Shown: positions 25,765 through 39,276, counted from the whole stretch's first letter. The stretch is DNA of 62,917 bases, filler included, from Octopus bimaculoides (GCF_001194135.2; 4 parts of 4 records of this genome joined end to end with filler, not necessarily neighbours in it); one strand, 5' to 3'. A program made the numbers and translations. The notes: generated by a model from the letters alone, not told the origin.

Positions 25765-25985
25765 ACTGCCCACAGGGGGCTAAACAAAGAGCGGGACAAA
25801 CAAGGACAGACAAAGGGATTAAGTCGATTACATTAACTCCAGTGCGTAACTGGTACTTATTTAATTGACCCCAAAAGGATGAAAGGCAAAGTCGACCTCG
25901 GTGGAATTTGAACTCAGAATGTAACAGCAGACGAAATACCGCTAAGCATTTCGCCCGGCGTGCTAACGATTCTGTCAGCTCGCCA
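25765..25985 (-). mobile_element. SINE family B (young, CpG intact)
   Basis: Reverse complement of the family B consensus seen at 23515-23720. Confidence 0.9.
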
Positions 25986-26489
25986 CACTAAAATATTATA
26001 ATTCAGTCTGATGGCAACAGTTTGTAAATGTAATACTACATGCTGCCTGCTGTAAGTAATATCACACCATTGTATATAAGCATATAAACTTTTGCTTTTG
26101 CTTACATTTTTTTTTTCTCAATTGGTCCACTGAACAGTTTAGTCGCTGTTGTGAAATTTTAATTAAAAATAATGATGGTATATTTATGAAATTACAAACA
26201 GACTCCATAATTATTTACAAACCATAGCAAAATTAATTAGAAACAAACTCCATAGTTATTTGCAAACCATAGCAAAATTAATTAATTAAGTAAAATGTGG
26301 ACACAGAAATGGAGAAGAGACAAAAATGATGTTGAAATGTGTATTTGGTATCTGTTCAAACGCTATTAAATAACTCTGTATAACCAACACAACAGCAAGA
26401 ACATTTTATTTGTGTTTGAATAAATTTTTATGATAAGAAATAACACAAACACATCCCTGTGATTGACCATCCAGTGGCTAAGCTTGTTT

Positions 26490-26606
26490 CCTAGTACTTA
26501 TTCTATCGATCTCTTTTGCTGAACCACTAAGTTACGGGGACATAAACACACTAGCATCGATTGTCAAGCGGTGCTGGGGGGACAAACACAGACACACATA
26601 CATACA

Positions 26607-26656
<50 letters not shown>

Positions 26657-26847
26657 CATATATATATATACATATATATATATATACATATATACGACGG
26701 GCTTCTTTCAGTTTCCGTCTACCAAATCCACTCACGACACTTTGGTCAGCCAGAGGCTATAGTAGAAGACACTTGCCCAAGGTGCCACGCAGTGGGACTG
26801 AACCCAGAACCATGTGGTTCGTAAACCCTAACCCTAACCACACAGCC
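26490..26847 (-). mobile_element. SINE family A, 3'-truncated
   Basis: Aligns with 16790-17090. Confidence 0.9.
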
Positions 26848-27221
26848 GTATATACATGTGCACACACACTCACATATATGTATATATGTATGTTTATGCA
26901 ATATACATCATTTAATATAATGTTAAAGTCGTGTAACACATTTACCAATTATATAAAAGTCATTCCTCTTTTGTTTTATATTTCATATAGGAATGTTTTT
27001 CTATTATGGTGTTTATTGAAATGAAAGTAAAATTTTGCTTCACTGAATGTTTATCGCTGAAACGCTTTTATGATATTTTCTATTATGTAATTTTTTTTTT
27101 TTTGCATTAAATGAATATGTTTTCCGTAGTAACAGCCAAATTCAGAACCAGCAGTAAGTCCAAGAAGTCTACACCAGTCACACTGGTCTTGTCTATTATA
27201 ACGAAATAGTAAGGCTTACCA

Positions 27222-27272
27222 GCATCATTCCTGAAGATGAGGATGAGACACTCTAGAAACATTGGATGATGC
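27222..27272 (+). ncRNA. Degenerate minimal hammerhead motif (different family)
   Basis: GCATCATTC-CTGAAGA-tGAG-gatgagaca-CTCta-GAAACATT-GGATGATGC: 9-bp stem I (one G:U) flanking both cores in the correct register. ACAT is consistent with CpG decay of ACGT. Confidence 0.5.
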
Positions 27273-27548
27273 ATTTAAGTATTTTACAATTCAAAATAAA
27301 CTACAAGGAAGTTATATGGATATCGAAAGGAAAAATGAACTTGATAAATAGTATAAAACTAGGGCAAAATTTTGTTTTCTATAGTCTCTGAAAGAAAAGC
27401 TGTTTTGTAAATACATGTGCACACTCACATACATTCATACAAACATACCCACCCACATCTGTCTATCTATCTATCTATCCCTATATCTATGTCTACTTAT
27501 ACATGTATACACACACACATAACTATATAGTTATATTTATATATATAT

Positions 27549-27738
27549 CGTGCCAGCGGCACGTAAAAGCACCCACTACACTCTCGGAGTGGTTGGCGTT
27601 AGGAAGGGCATCCAGATGTAGAAACTCTGCCAAATCAGATTGGAATCTGGTGTAGCCTTCTGGTTTCACCAGTCCTCAGTCAAATCGTCCAACCCAAGCT
27701 AGCATGGAAAACGGACGTTAAACGATGATGATGATGAG
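27549..27738 (+). mobile_element. RTE 3' end (short 5'-truncated copy)
   Basis: ggttggcgttaggaagggcatccag...ggacgttaaac(gat)n, same family as 56192-56330. Confidence 0.88.
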
Positions 27739-27769
27739 GATATATCCATGTATATACATGTGTATCTAT

Positions 27770-27808
<39 letters not shown>

Positions 27809-29590
27809 AAGAGAGAGGGTGGGTTACATACGCGTATTAAGTACGTGCATAGGCATGTATATATGTTTATGCATATATGTATGTATATACGCATACACCT
27901 TCACCCACACACATTGAGAGATGGAGTATAAAGCGAAGCTATTATGGATTCTACGTTACAAGATAATATGCAAACTGAAATTGAAGTGAAAGCCAAGACT
28001 AATCAATCCAATTTTTATTAAGTGTCATTTCTTCACGAAGTGTGTGAAGATACCTGGAAATCTACCTACTCTCTTCTAATTCAATTACTGTCAGCAAAAT
28101 TCGTCAGGAAATATATAATTTCTATTTAATATTTATTGTGAAATTTTCCAATGAAAATCTAATTTTATTTAATTTTTAAAAAAGATCTAATTATATTTTT
28201 AGTAGTCATTGTTGTTTTATATCGATGATTTTGATATATTTAATTATAGAACTAGTACGAAATTTTATTTCTTACATTTGAACAAAGATACAAAATGAAA
28301 GGGGTGAGATATAGTCAATTGAATCGACCCTAGGACATTACTGGTAGGAGTCGATAAGCCGACTTGGATGCTCCTCGCCCATATGATCTGCTGGAAATAG
28401 TAACCTAATCACATACTAGCGTCTTTAAAAAATATAACTTAAAGGAAGGACAAGGTGGATATTGTAGCCCTAGGATAGGATAATTAAAATATAAGATGTT
28501 TGTAACTGGAATTTTCGGGACAAAATCAATCGCTCGATCGATAATAACCTGGGACTAAACGACATTGGTTGTTATGAGACAATTGAAAGCAGTCAACACC
28601 GCGGTATTTGAATTTAGAATTAACACTGAAAGGTTTTTAAATCCAGCGGTTTTACCTTTTCTGACCCTGCACCGTTTGTATTATTACGAATTATTGATCG
28701 GCACAATTTACCCCTAGAATTACCACGTTCACACACAAACACAGAGCCTCATCTTCCACATATGCACATTAATGTAGATATTATTGATATAGAGCATCAT
28801 ATATATATATATATATATTGCGATGGACTGGCGTCCTGTCCAGCTGGGAGAAGGGACACATACGCCATAGAAACCGGGCCCATGAGCCTGGCTAGGCTTT
28901 AAAAGGGCGCATAAATAAAACAAAAAATATATATATATATGAGACAGAGAGAGAAAGCGAGAGATGCTGCTACGCTGAATTCACAACAAATTGAAACTTC
29001 TATATTAGAAATAAACAGGTTTGATTCTTTTGTGCGTGCGTGGATGATCATGGTCGCAACGATTTTTAAAATGTGACAGGACGGGCATGGTCAGAACGCT
29101 TTAAAATGATGGACAGTGCGACAGTTACGCTTCAAGAAGATGGAACGAGCACCTTTAAAGAATACATATTGCAGCACGTCCGCGTGCACCTTGTTATTCA
29201 CACATATGTACGAATCCACGCATGTGCAAAGAAATCAGACGTTATATTTCTAATTTTGAAATTTCTATTTCGGAGCCAAAATTACGGGTTATTTCCTCTT
29301 AAATCTTTTTCTCCCCTCCTGCATTCTCTTTCTCTTTCTTTCTTTCACTCTCGTGTAACGCACGAAACACACGGCTCTTGAGTCACATTTCTGTCAATTA
29401 AAAGCATATATACCGAAGTATTGAGTTCTAATTTCCTGCTACTTCCACTTTACAAATATATGCACATATGTGTATCTACATGTATAAATGTGTGATTATT
29501 TACTATATATTTCCTCTACTCTCTTATTTTTTTTTTTTATAATTTTTTTTACACGGACGCAATATCTCAGATTTATAGGAATAGGAAGAC

Positions 29591-29797
29591 GAGATTGTGT
29601 GTTGTGTGATGTTTACAATATTTCCCCTCTAGTATTATCTATCCAAACGAAAGTGAACAGGACGGACATGGTCAGAGCGCTTTAAAATGATGGACGGTGG
29701 GACAGTTACGTTTGAAGAAGATGGAACGAGATTGTGTGTTGTGTGATGTTTACAATATTTCGTCTCTAGTATTATCTATCCAAACGAAAGTGAACAG
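29591..29797 (+). repeat. 70-bp direct repeat bracketing a ~70-bp segment also present at 29077-29149
   Basis: gagattgtgtgttgtgtg...gaaagtgaacag at 29591-29660 and 29728-29797. Confidence 0.9.
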
Positions 29798-30869
29798 TCT
29801 TACAATCACACGCAAATTGCAACCTGATCGCCAAACAAGAGCTGGTTTTGACATCACCTCTACCCTCAGCGCACGCCACCTCATATTATTGGCACGACGA
29901 AAATAAACTCCGAAAAGAAAATTATCAAGGGGGTTTCATACATCAATATATACGACCTGAGTGTGCCAACTTCGGAAAATAGGTTAAAAATTGAGAAAAT
30001 AGAAACACTGCAGTGAATGTTTTAAAGCGTATTGTATGAGATATATAAATCTTTTAGATAATATATAAATAGTACTGAGACATATTACCATTCACGTTCA
30101 TATAGCCTATTTCAGTTTTTATTCTATTTTGAAATCATTATTTTATAATATTTTCGCTTGTGTTTAGCAAAGATGTTTTAATAATTACAGGAAAACATTG
30201 AGAAATGTTTATTTATTAAAACCGGTGTCATACAAAAATATGTCGCTGTGATAAAACTAGAATAAGAGACAAGACCTTATTCCGTATAATTAGCTTTGTT
30301 CCGTTGTGGCTGTAAAACTCTAGTCTTTTGTGACCTTACAATATAAAAGTAAAATAAATCGTTTATATAATCACATTATCGTTTGATAAGAAAGCTCGCC
30401 CACATACTTATGTTTCATACTTTTTTTCTCAGCGGCCATTTTACATGTTATAAGTATTTCGTTTCTTGTACATTTAAAAACTGATTTAAAATTTTGTCAG
30501 TATAAACATCAATGTATTTTGTCGAAATCTGAAATATTTAGCAAAAAGGTAACACCTGTCCTTTCTGTTGGTAACAAAAAGAGAGTGCAATAAATGTAGG
30601 TTCTGTGCTAACTCTTCATATGTATTCTGTATTTAGCTTCGTCGTGAAAGAACGATTTTAGTTAATTAAAAACACTAAGAAAAAAAAAACATAAGATTTA
30701 ATTAACACTTATTTCCTTCCAGGTCGTGCAACTGGGATCTTATGACAGACACAAATCCACAACAAGGCTGTATTGGAAATGTGTCAGCAACCAGGTCACA
30801 GTGGTGTGACGAAAATACTCGCACTTCCAGAAATAAATGAAAAGCGAACACAACAGTTTTTATGTAATT

Positions 30870-31255
30870 ACTTCGGTTTCAACACAGGGCCAGCAATTTT
30901 GGGGGAAGGAGTAAGTTGATTACTTTAAACCCAGTGCTCGACGGGATGAAAGGTAAAGTTGACCCCAGTGGCACTTTAACTCATAACATAAAGCCAGAAG
31001 AAATGCTGCTAAGCATTCCCTCTGGTGCTGTAACAATTCTGCCATCTCACTGCTGTATCAATGGTAATAAATAATACTTTCTACTAAATGCACACAGTCT
31101 GAAATTTGGTGGGAGGTGACTCGTCGATTACATCGGCCCCAGTGTTTCACTGTCATTTAATTATCGACCGCGAAAGGATGAAAGACAATGTCGACCTTGG
31201 TGGAATTTGAACTCAGAGCATAGTGACAGGCAAAATACCGCTAAGCATTTTGTTC
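30870..31255 (-). mobile_element. Two tandem SINE family B copies
   Basis: 30870-31050 and 31075-31255. Confidence 0.8.
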
Positions 31256-31645
31256 ACTTGTATAAGTAATAAAAGAAACCATCTTTAAAATAACATTGGG
31301 ACTTTATTCCTCCGTAAAGTGGTACAGTGAATTAGTGCAAGAAACATTACAATTTGTCAGTTGTTGTTCATCCATTGTTTTGATAATTTATTTGGATTAA
31401 CATTGGTCGCATGGGCTCCATTATATATCAATTCTCCTCTGGACGGCAGGGTCTGCAAACTGGCCTCAGTGAAAGCTCTCACCCTTCTAACTTGTAAATA
31501 ATTTGTTGCACCAATTTATGGAGAAAAAGAGCCACATTTAAAGGATTAGGCGTTTGAAATACTACTAAGCATTTTGCCCGGCGTGCTAACGTCTCTGCTA
31601 GCCCGCCGCCTTCTCTTAACCACTATATTCTTTTGTACTCTAGCC

Positions 31646-31925
31646 CAGGGGTTTTCAAACTTTTTGACTTGCGGACCCCTTTATATTTCAGGCTTTACCT
31701 TAGAGACCCCCTTATAAACGCTTATGAAATTTATACATAAATATTTGCTTAAAATAACATATATTTTTACGTTTATTCATTTAACAGTATTTAACAAAAT
31801 AGGTTTATTGTCAATTAAAAGATTTTGATTAAAAAACATATATAAAATCAAATTGCCCATAAAAAGTATTTGCTGTCCACGGACCCCCTGTCTTGTCCTT
31901 GCGGACCACAGTTTGAAGACCCCTG
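31646..31925. mobile_element. hAT-family MITE (280 bp)
   Basis: 16-bp TIR caggggt(t/c)ttcaaact and perfect 8-bp TSD CTCTAGCC on both sides (31638-31645, 31926-31933). Confidence 0.92.
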
Positions 31926-32169
31926 CTCTAGCCAGTGAGCTGTCAGAATCATAAGTGCACTGAACAAAATGCTTGGCACTCTTTTACGGCTGAAATGGCT
32001 GAATATGTATCAAAAATACCTTTTTTTTTTTTTTNNNNNNNNNNNNNNTTTTTTTTGTAAAACAATTTTTTTTTTTTTTGTAAAACAATTTTTTTTTAAA
32101 CAAAGTAAATAATTTTTTTTTAATTAAATTTTTTTTTCTAAACAACATAAATAAATAAATAAAACAAAT

Positions 32170-32305
32170 GGACACACTACCTGCTTCAGAATGTTTTCAA
32201 AACAATCATTTCCAGTTCTTCCATATTGTTCTCGCCAAAGAAATTCGTCAAGATAGGATTCCACCATGTCTGTCCCATCCGCCAAAACCCCACCTCTCCT
32301 GTGAC
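32170..32305 (-). mobile_element. Merlin/IS1595-like transposase C-terminal fragment
   Basis: GTDMVESYLDEFLWREQYGRTGNDCFENILKQV fits the xxSYLxEFxWR...FxxIL motif. Confidence 0.6.
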
Positions 32306-32914
32306 ATTCTACCTGTATGCACATGTATTCATTTGCATGCGCGCACGAGCACTTGTTGTAGGATCGACCACTCACGACTAGCTGGCGCGTATGCGCGTTG
32401 AGTACCACTCTTCTTTAGTAGTACCATATATGTGAAGTTATTCCCAGTTTCTGTCTACCAATTTTCACTCCCAAGGCATTGGTCAATCTTAAGATATGAT
32501 ACAAGACACTGGTTCATAGTACCACGCAAACGGTTGCACGGTGAACATTTTAACTTCACGGTCGGTGATTTCTTATTTGACGTTCGTAAAATCATAGTGA
32601 TCCAGAAAGTTCATTTAAATAAAACATTTCATAACTATAAATGGTACACATTAAGAACAGCGAGTAAGAAGCGAGAAAAAAAGGTTAATCTTATTCTGAA
32701 TAGAGCTTCGCCTTGGGCACATGTAAGAATTCTTCAACAATCTACGACTTGCAGTACAAGTCGCTGAATCTGACAAAAAATCGAGCCATTGTCATAATTG
32801 TATGCCTTTCATTGATTAATTGCTGATCTATAAGTATTTCGTTGGGATTCACAATAAAACGAAGAACGGCAGGGCGTCTCCACGACATGTTAATCGAGTC
32901 CATATGAAATTGAA

Positions 32915-33175
32915 ACTCAACGAACTTAGGAGGTTGGCTAGACTGGCGGGGTACGAGGGAGAATCGCTGGATCAAACGGTAAAGTTGGCGTTTGTGACTG
33001 GGTTTCCTGACCACCTGTCGGTCGAATTGCAGAAACTGCCGGACGTGAGTACCATGGCGGATATAATATCGAGAGCTCGTATGTTAGTTTCCTGTCGTAG
33101 GTCGTCACCGCTGGTAGCAGCGGCGACAGCAAAAGGTGGCCGGCCAAGGAGTGGCGGAGAGGGGTCGAACAAGGA
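32915..33175 (+). mobile_element. Gypsy-type gag fragment (GC-rich, truncated by spacer)
   Basis: NELRRLARLAGYEGESLDQTVKLAFVTGFPDHLSVELQ...MADIISRAR resembles Gypsy capsid C-terminal regions. Confidence 0.6.
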
Positions 33176-33275
33176 NNNNNNNNNNNNNNNNNNNNNNNNN
33201 NNNNNNNNNNNNNNNNNNNTTAATTAATTAANNNNNNNNNNNNNNNNNNNNNNNNNNNNNNNNNNNNNNNNNNNN
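33176..33275. other. Artificial assembly spacer N44-TTAATTAATTAA-N44
   Basis: As at 24573-24672. Confidence 0.95.
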
Positions 33276-33580
33276 CGAGTGCGTGCAGAACGGTTTCGTC
33301 GCTCTGCCGGCATCTCGGACAGGTCGGCCCCGTGTTTCTCGAGCCATGCCTGTAGAGCTTATCCCGAACGGGTAGTGCTTCTCGATAGCACTGCCAGGCC
33401 AGGGATCTCTGGAAGTTGTCCATAGGTCCCGGCCCGAAGGTCGTCTTAAACAGGCGGGTCAGGTATTCCTCGTCGACGCCCAGGTTCGCCCCGAGATCGT
33501 CGTCGTACCTTCCCTCCACTAATCCACTATAGAATGCGTTAGTTGTGATGCAGTCGCTCAAGGTTGACCCGGGTTGTTGG
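33276..33580 (-). mobile_element. L1/Tx1-like LINE ORF2 C-terminal zinc-binding (zf-RVT) fragment
   Basis: FQRSLAWQCYREALPVRDKLYRHG...CPRCRQSDETVLHAL; GC-rich and open. Confidence 0.75.
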
Positions 33581-35199
33581 AGATAGATAGATAGATAGAT
33601 AGATAGATACTCAAGAGATGCCAGCTTTAAAAAAAAACCGAAGAGAGCCACATTTCAAGGCAAAGTACTCCACAACATTTTGCAGAGTGGAGATATTGTT
33701 TATTCAAATAATGACAAAACAAGTTATGTTTCTTTCGAGTTTGGCAATCATCAGAGTACTTAAAAGAGGCTGATATTGGTGCGTATCTTGCAAGTTCTGT
33801 GAGATTTTCTGTAAGCTGGGCAGTAGAATTTGTTTGTGTTTTTGCACAAATTGGACTAATTTTGCATGTTATATCTGGGTAATTGTTTTAAGTGTTTGTA
33901 TTCGTAGCAAAAGAATACGGAATGTGTTTTGTTTTTTATTCCTGTTATGCTTTGTCATATTGAGTGATTTTGAGAACGGTTCGTTGAAGATGAAGTGTTG
34001 TTAGGACGTGTAAAATATTCTAGTCTTAGATTTTATAATATTGGCTCGGTGTTCGTAATTAATATGTTGTTTAGTGTTTGGAAACCTTTTCTATGATAAT
34101 CGGCTGATAACATTAAACAACTGACGAGTATGGGACCCATTAATTTTCATTACAATAACCAGCTGATAACAATATCCGTGATTGTAATGACTGGTTTCCA
34201 CTGCATTAGCCCAATGACCTTCCTACGGACGGAAGAGATTAAATGTAAACAGAAAAATCTCGTTTCGTTCTTTAATTAAATATTCATTTGACTTAAGTGA
34301 CATTAACGGAACACAACAGCCTTTGATGGAAATAGCATAATGAGACATTTGTATAAAATCAATAGGTTGAAAATAACGACAATCAATTATTATAAGTTTT
34401 TGTCTCTTTTTCTAACGTATACTCCAAAATATAGATCTGTTCTGATGTGAGTGGTGGGATGATATAAAGTTATAAAACAGCATGTGTTGTTACAATTACG
34501 ATAACGGTATATATTTGATAATGGACAGCAATACATAGATATATATAACTTTTTGAAATGGCAAAATTAATAAAAGTAGTATTTACATTAATGTTCGTGT
34601 AGGACGAATATAAATATATGTACGAGTTTTAAGAAGTTAGATGTGTAATTTATGTGTTTTAGAAAACAGCATGGTACATATTAAGTAGTATAAAAGTTTA
34701 TTGATTGCCACACGTGGCGACAGTCGACACTGCTTTACTGAAATAGAAACACAATTATCATATGTGTTGTAATATAGTGAAACAGAAATTATGTATATAC
34801 CCCAATGAATCTCACCTTAGACATGAGAGTAGAGCAAGCGTATCTCTATGAGCCCAAAACCATACCACCAGAATTTTAATTTCAAGAAGGTCTAACCAAA
34901 CCGGGGGGATCTGATGTGAAGAACTAGGTTAAATGAGAATCGTCATCAAAAGCACAAGGGACGCACAGTTTTGACGGAGCAATCAAATGTGAAAATCATT
35001 AAGATTCTAAGCGATGGAATCATATCGATGACATTGAGCAAGACCACCAAGTTCCGAAAGTTGACCACTACCAACTTCTGAAGCACTAGCAATCTTAAAT
35101 TTATTTCAACCACCGAAAGGTTCAAACTGAGCATGTTTAAACCGATCCTGAAGATAAAATCTCGACAAAATTTCTAAATACACAATATTCTCTGAAAAC

Positions 35200-36500
35200 G
35201 ATATACTTTTATTCCACGATTATGCCATAATATTTAGTTCACTTGTTTTCCTATTCTGGATATAGCAACATAAAGTTGACCGGCAGAAAATCTATCACTG
35301 TTGTCTCAGTACCCTCCGGGCTTTTAAAGTATTTGATCTTGTGCTTTGTGAATTGTAAAACTAGACGATAATTTGAGGAGAAATTGGCGTCACTACATTT
35401 GTAATGGCCGTGCATGATTACAACATTGCTTATGTATCCTTCAGAAAAATAACCTTTCCTTTCATGGGTGCCAGAAATAGTAACAGACTAAATAACTGTT
35501 CTGTTGAGTCTTACTAATATATCTTGTCCTATTGCAAAGGCCATCAGCTGCATCGAAATTTCGAAGTGCAATGGATGCACTTTCTTTGAGACTTGTTAAG
35601 TCATCCTAATGAAAGAGATTGTGCTTAAAACTTCAGTTCGGTAAAGAAGTATTTCATTCCAATAAAGATAATATCACTATATATATATTTTTTCATTTGA
35701 TCTGGAAAGGAATCTATCGTAACACCATTAATTTCGTTAACACAGTCTTTATTTGGAAGAATAAGTATGTACTAACACAATGATTTCATAGATTTACAGT
35801 TTTTCTGAAAGTTTGCAAACATTTTATTAATTTATCCTGGAAATAGAAGTTTATCTGGAATTCCTACCTTCGATTGCACTTGTTAGCTTCCATCACCAAT
35901 TCTGATTACGCATGTTTCTGGTGATTTGCATTTGCATGATATGAATGTTTTCCCAAAGTGGAGACCTCTAGAAACATTCATTAATTGATAATCTCTGCAG
36001 CAACAATTGGGGAGGAATTGGCACCAATCCCCAGAAACATCATCGAAATTCTACCAAATGGTCTATTATTTCCATGACCCGAGCATCACGGAATGTGCAG
36101 TCCATTGCTCCAAATAATTTCTTGTTAAACGTTACCTCATGTATGACGATTAAACTTGTTTAAAGTGGTCGGTTTGCACCCCTTAGTGATTTATAGAGCG
36201 CTCGGCTATCATTAAATGCACTTTGAAGCGCAAATATATTGTCCGGTCATTAGATGAAAATTTCTGATGTTGCAAATGTGATCTTTAATTCGTATTACAT
36301 TCTGGTAAATATTGTTGGCAATATGAAGCTTTTACAACTTCCTTACACTGCATTGAGGCAGTTTAGTCGTCCATATTCTTCTACAACTGGTGTGGTAACT
36401 AATTTGTAAATGGCTTGCTGTTCTATGTTCAGAACAGGAATACTGTTAGGTTGCCCTAACACTCCATATGTTCTGGCGATTCCAACAGCACTTCTTTAAA
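35200..36500 (-). mobile_element. Helitron PIF1-like helicase relic (frameshifted, with stops)
   Basis: Minus-strand motifs in the correct order: LNIEQQAIY...GSCKSF (I); LIVIHEVTFNKKLFGAMDCTFRD (II); RPFG...QFLP (III); LKESASIALRNFDAADGLCNRTR; TIHKAQDQ (V); FSAGQLYVAISRIG (VI). Confidence 0.85.
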
Positions 36501-36726
36501 AAATTTCCTTTAGTTGAGCTTTATACTTTATCACGATGCATTTTGTATTCACCGAAAATATGGAAGTTCCGGGATCAGTTAGTCTGACATATTAAAGAAT
36601 TGTCGCAGAAAGGAACCAGACGATTGTGTGCTGGAACTTGCACATACAGTCTGATTTGATAAGGCACAGGATGCAAACACACTCAAACACACACGCATAC
36701 ATGCGCAGAAATATACGCATACAAAG

Positions 36727-36789
<63 letters not shown>

Positions 36790-37574
36790 GAGAAAGAGAG
36801 AAGTTATAATTTATCAATTGACCGCGATTGACATAAATACTCACAAAGAACATATGCTCATACACATAAACAAAGAGAGAAGGGCGAGCAGAGAGCGTGA
36901 AGAATGTTAAAACGTCGACTGTCAAATAACTCAGCGTCGTATCAACCACGCCACATAGGTGGCCAGCGCCAGAATGGCTCTGCCAAAACATCTCAAACCC
37001 GTCACAAACGCTTCCGGAAATACCCTTAGAAAGACACATTTTCAGCTTCTCCAATCAGATTGTAAATTCCCATTAATTTCCAGCTGTACCATTCTTTTGT
37101 AAAGTTATTATTTGTTGCTATATGTTCGATAATGAAATGAGTATGCGAGAGATTGTTTTTGTGCCTATATATAATTTTATGGGCACTACGAAGTTTTCTT
37201 ACATATATATATATATATATATACACGCATGTATATAGCTCAAATGCTGTTTTCTTTTTCTAGCACGCACGCGTGATGAGTTCGGGTTTTTCACTTTTAT
37301 GACAGATATTTCCTTTAAAATATTTCAATATAGTGTGTATATGTCATAATTTCAGTTTATCACTTTCATTTCTTTCAAATTTCACTTGGATTTTGACACA
37401 TACGCGCACAAACACACATACACACATTCACACACACATACATACACACACACGCTCGCACACACGAACACGCATGCACACTCCCACAAGCACGCGCACA
37501 CACACATAGACACAAGCACACACTTTTAAACCAAATCATAATATATTGTGTAAGTGAATATACAATATACATAC

Positions 37575-37609
<35 letters not shown>

Positions 37610-37673
37610 TATACATATATATTCACACACGCATACATACGTACATACGTGTGTGTGTATATATATATATATT

Positions 37674-37725
<52 letters not shown>

Positions 37726-38470
37726 TGTATGTATATATATATTACCTGGAAATTTTTTTCATGTTTGTAAATATGCAAAATAAAAGAAAGAAAAGAATGA
37801 AAGAGATTAACCATAATGATACTAACAACAACAACAACAAAACTAAAAGTAAAACTATATTTGCGACTTGAATATGTATTTTTTTTTATATATATATATA
37901 TTTTAAGCATTTACTCTCTCATCTTCGCGATTTTTTTTTTTTAATTTCTCTTTTTATCTTCAGTTCTCTTCTTNNNNNNNNNNNNNNNNNNNNNNNNNNN
38001 NNNNNNNNNNNNNNNNNNNNNNNNNNNNNNNNNNNNNNNNNNNNNNNNNNNNNNNNNNNNNNNNNNNNNNNNNNNNNNNNNNNNNNNNNNNNNNNNNNNN
38101 NNNNNNNNNNNNNNNNNNNNNNNNNNNNNNNNNNNNNNNNNNNNNNNNNNNNNNNNNNNNNNNNNNNNNNNNNNNNNNNNNNNNNNNNNNNNNNNNNNNN
38201 NNNNNNNNNNNNNNNNNNNNNNNNNNNNNNNNNNNNNNNNNNNNNNNNNNNNNNNNNNNNNNNNNNNNNNNNNNNNNNNNNNNNNNNNNNNNNNNNNNNN
38301 NNNNNNNNNNNNNNNNNNNNNNNNNNNNNNNNNNNNNNNNNNNNNNNNNNNNNNNNNNNNNNNNNATATATATACATATATAGGCTATGTTGAATATATA
38401 CATATATATACATATACATACATATGTATATGTATGTATATGTATATATATATATATATGTGTGTATGTG

Positions 38471-38509
<39 letters not shown>

Positions 38510-38855
38510 TATGCGTATGTTCGCGTATTTGTGTGTATGAGTGTATGCGTTAATGTTTGTGTGTTATAAGCATGCATCTTTTATAAGGAAGTATTTACAT
38601 TTACATCCAGTAAACAACATCGGTAGGAACGTTCTGGATACTGAAAAGGATAGAAAAAAATTATACTTTTGTTAATATTGATGCTGCTGTTGTCGACATT
38701 ATTATTGTTGCTGTTGAGGATGAGGAAAACAATGATGCTGAAGACAATGATGATGATGGTGGGTGGGGTGGGGCAGCGGTGGTGACGGCGATAATGATGA
38801 TGATGATGGCGATAGAGATAGCTCTGGTGTCACCAATTTGCAAACAATAATAATG

Positions 38856-38894
<39 letters not shown>

Positions 38895-39238
38895 GATTCA
38901 TAAAGAAAAACAGCACGATTCTCAGTAATATACATCGTAAATATGTGTTAATCTATGTACGTAAATATATAAAGTACATTGCGCATACATATGTGTATGC
39001 ATGTATATATGTATGTATACATGGATTTATGTATGTATGTATGTATGTATGTATATATGTATGCATGCATTTATGTATGTATGTATTTATGTATGTTTTG
39101 TAAGGTGTAAATAAGATGCAATATAACAATAACTATATTTACTTTAATAGCAAATATCTACATATCTTATCCGCTCTATCAATCTATCTAAACAAAAATC
39201 TATATATGCATATTTCTAAACCTACATATATAAGTGTG

Positions 39239-39276
<38 letters not shown>

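Noticed and set aside
33720-33765. Minus-strand CTGATGA...GAAAGAAAC
   Set aside because: Stems I and II are not in register.
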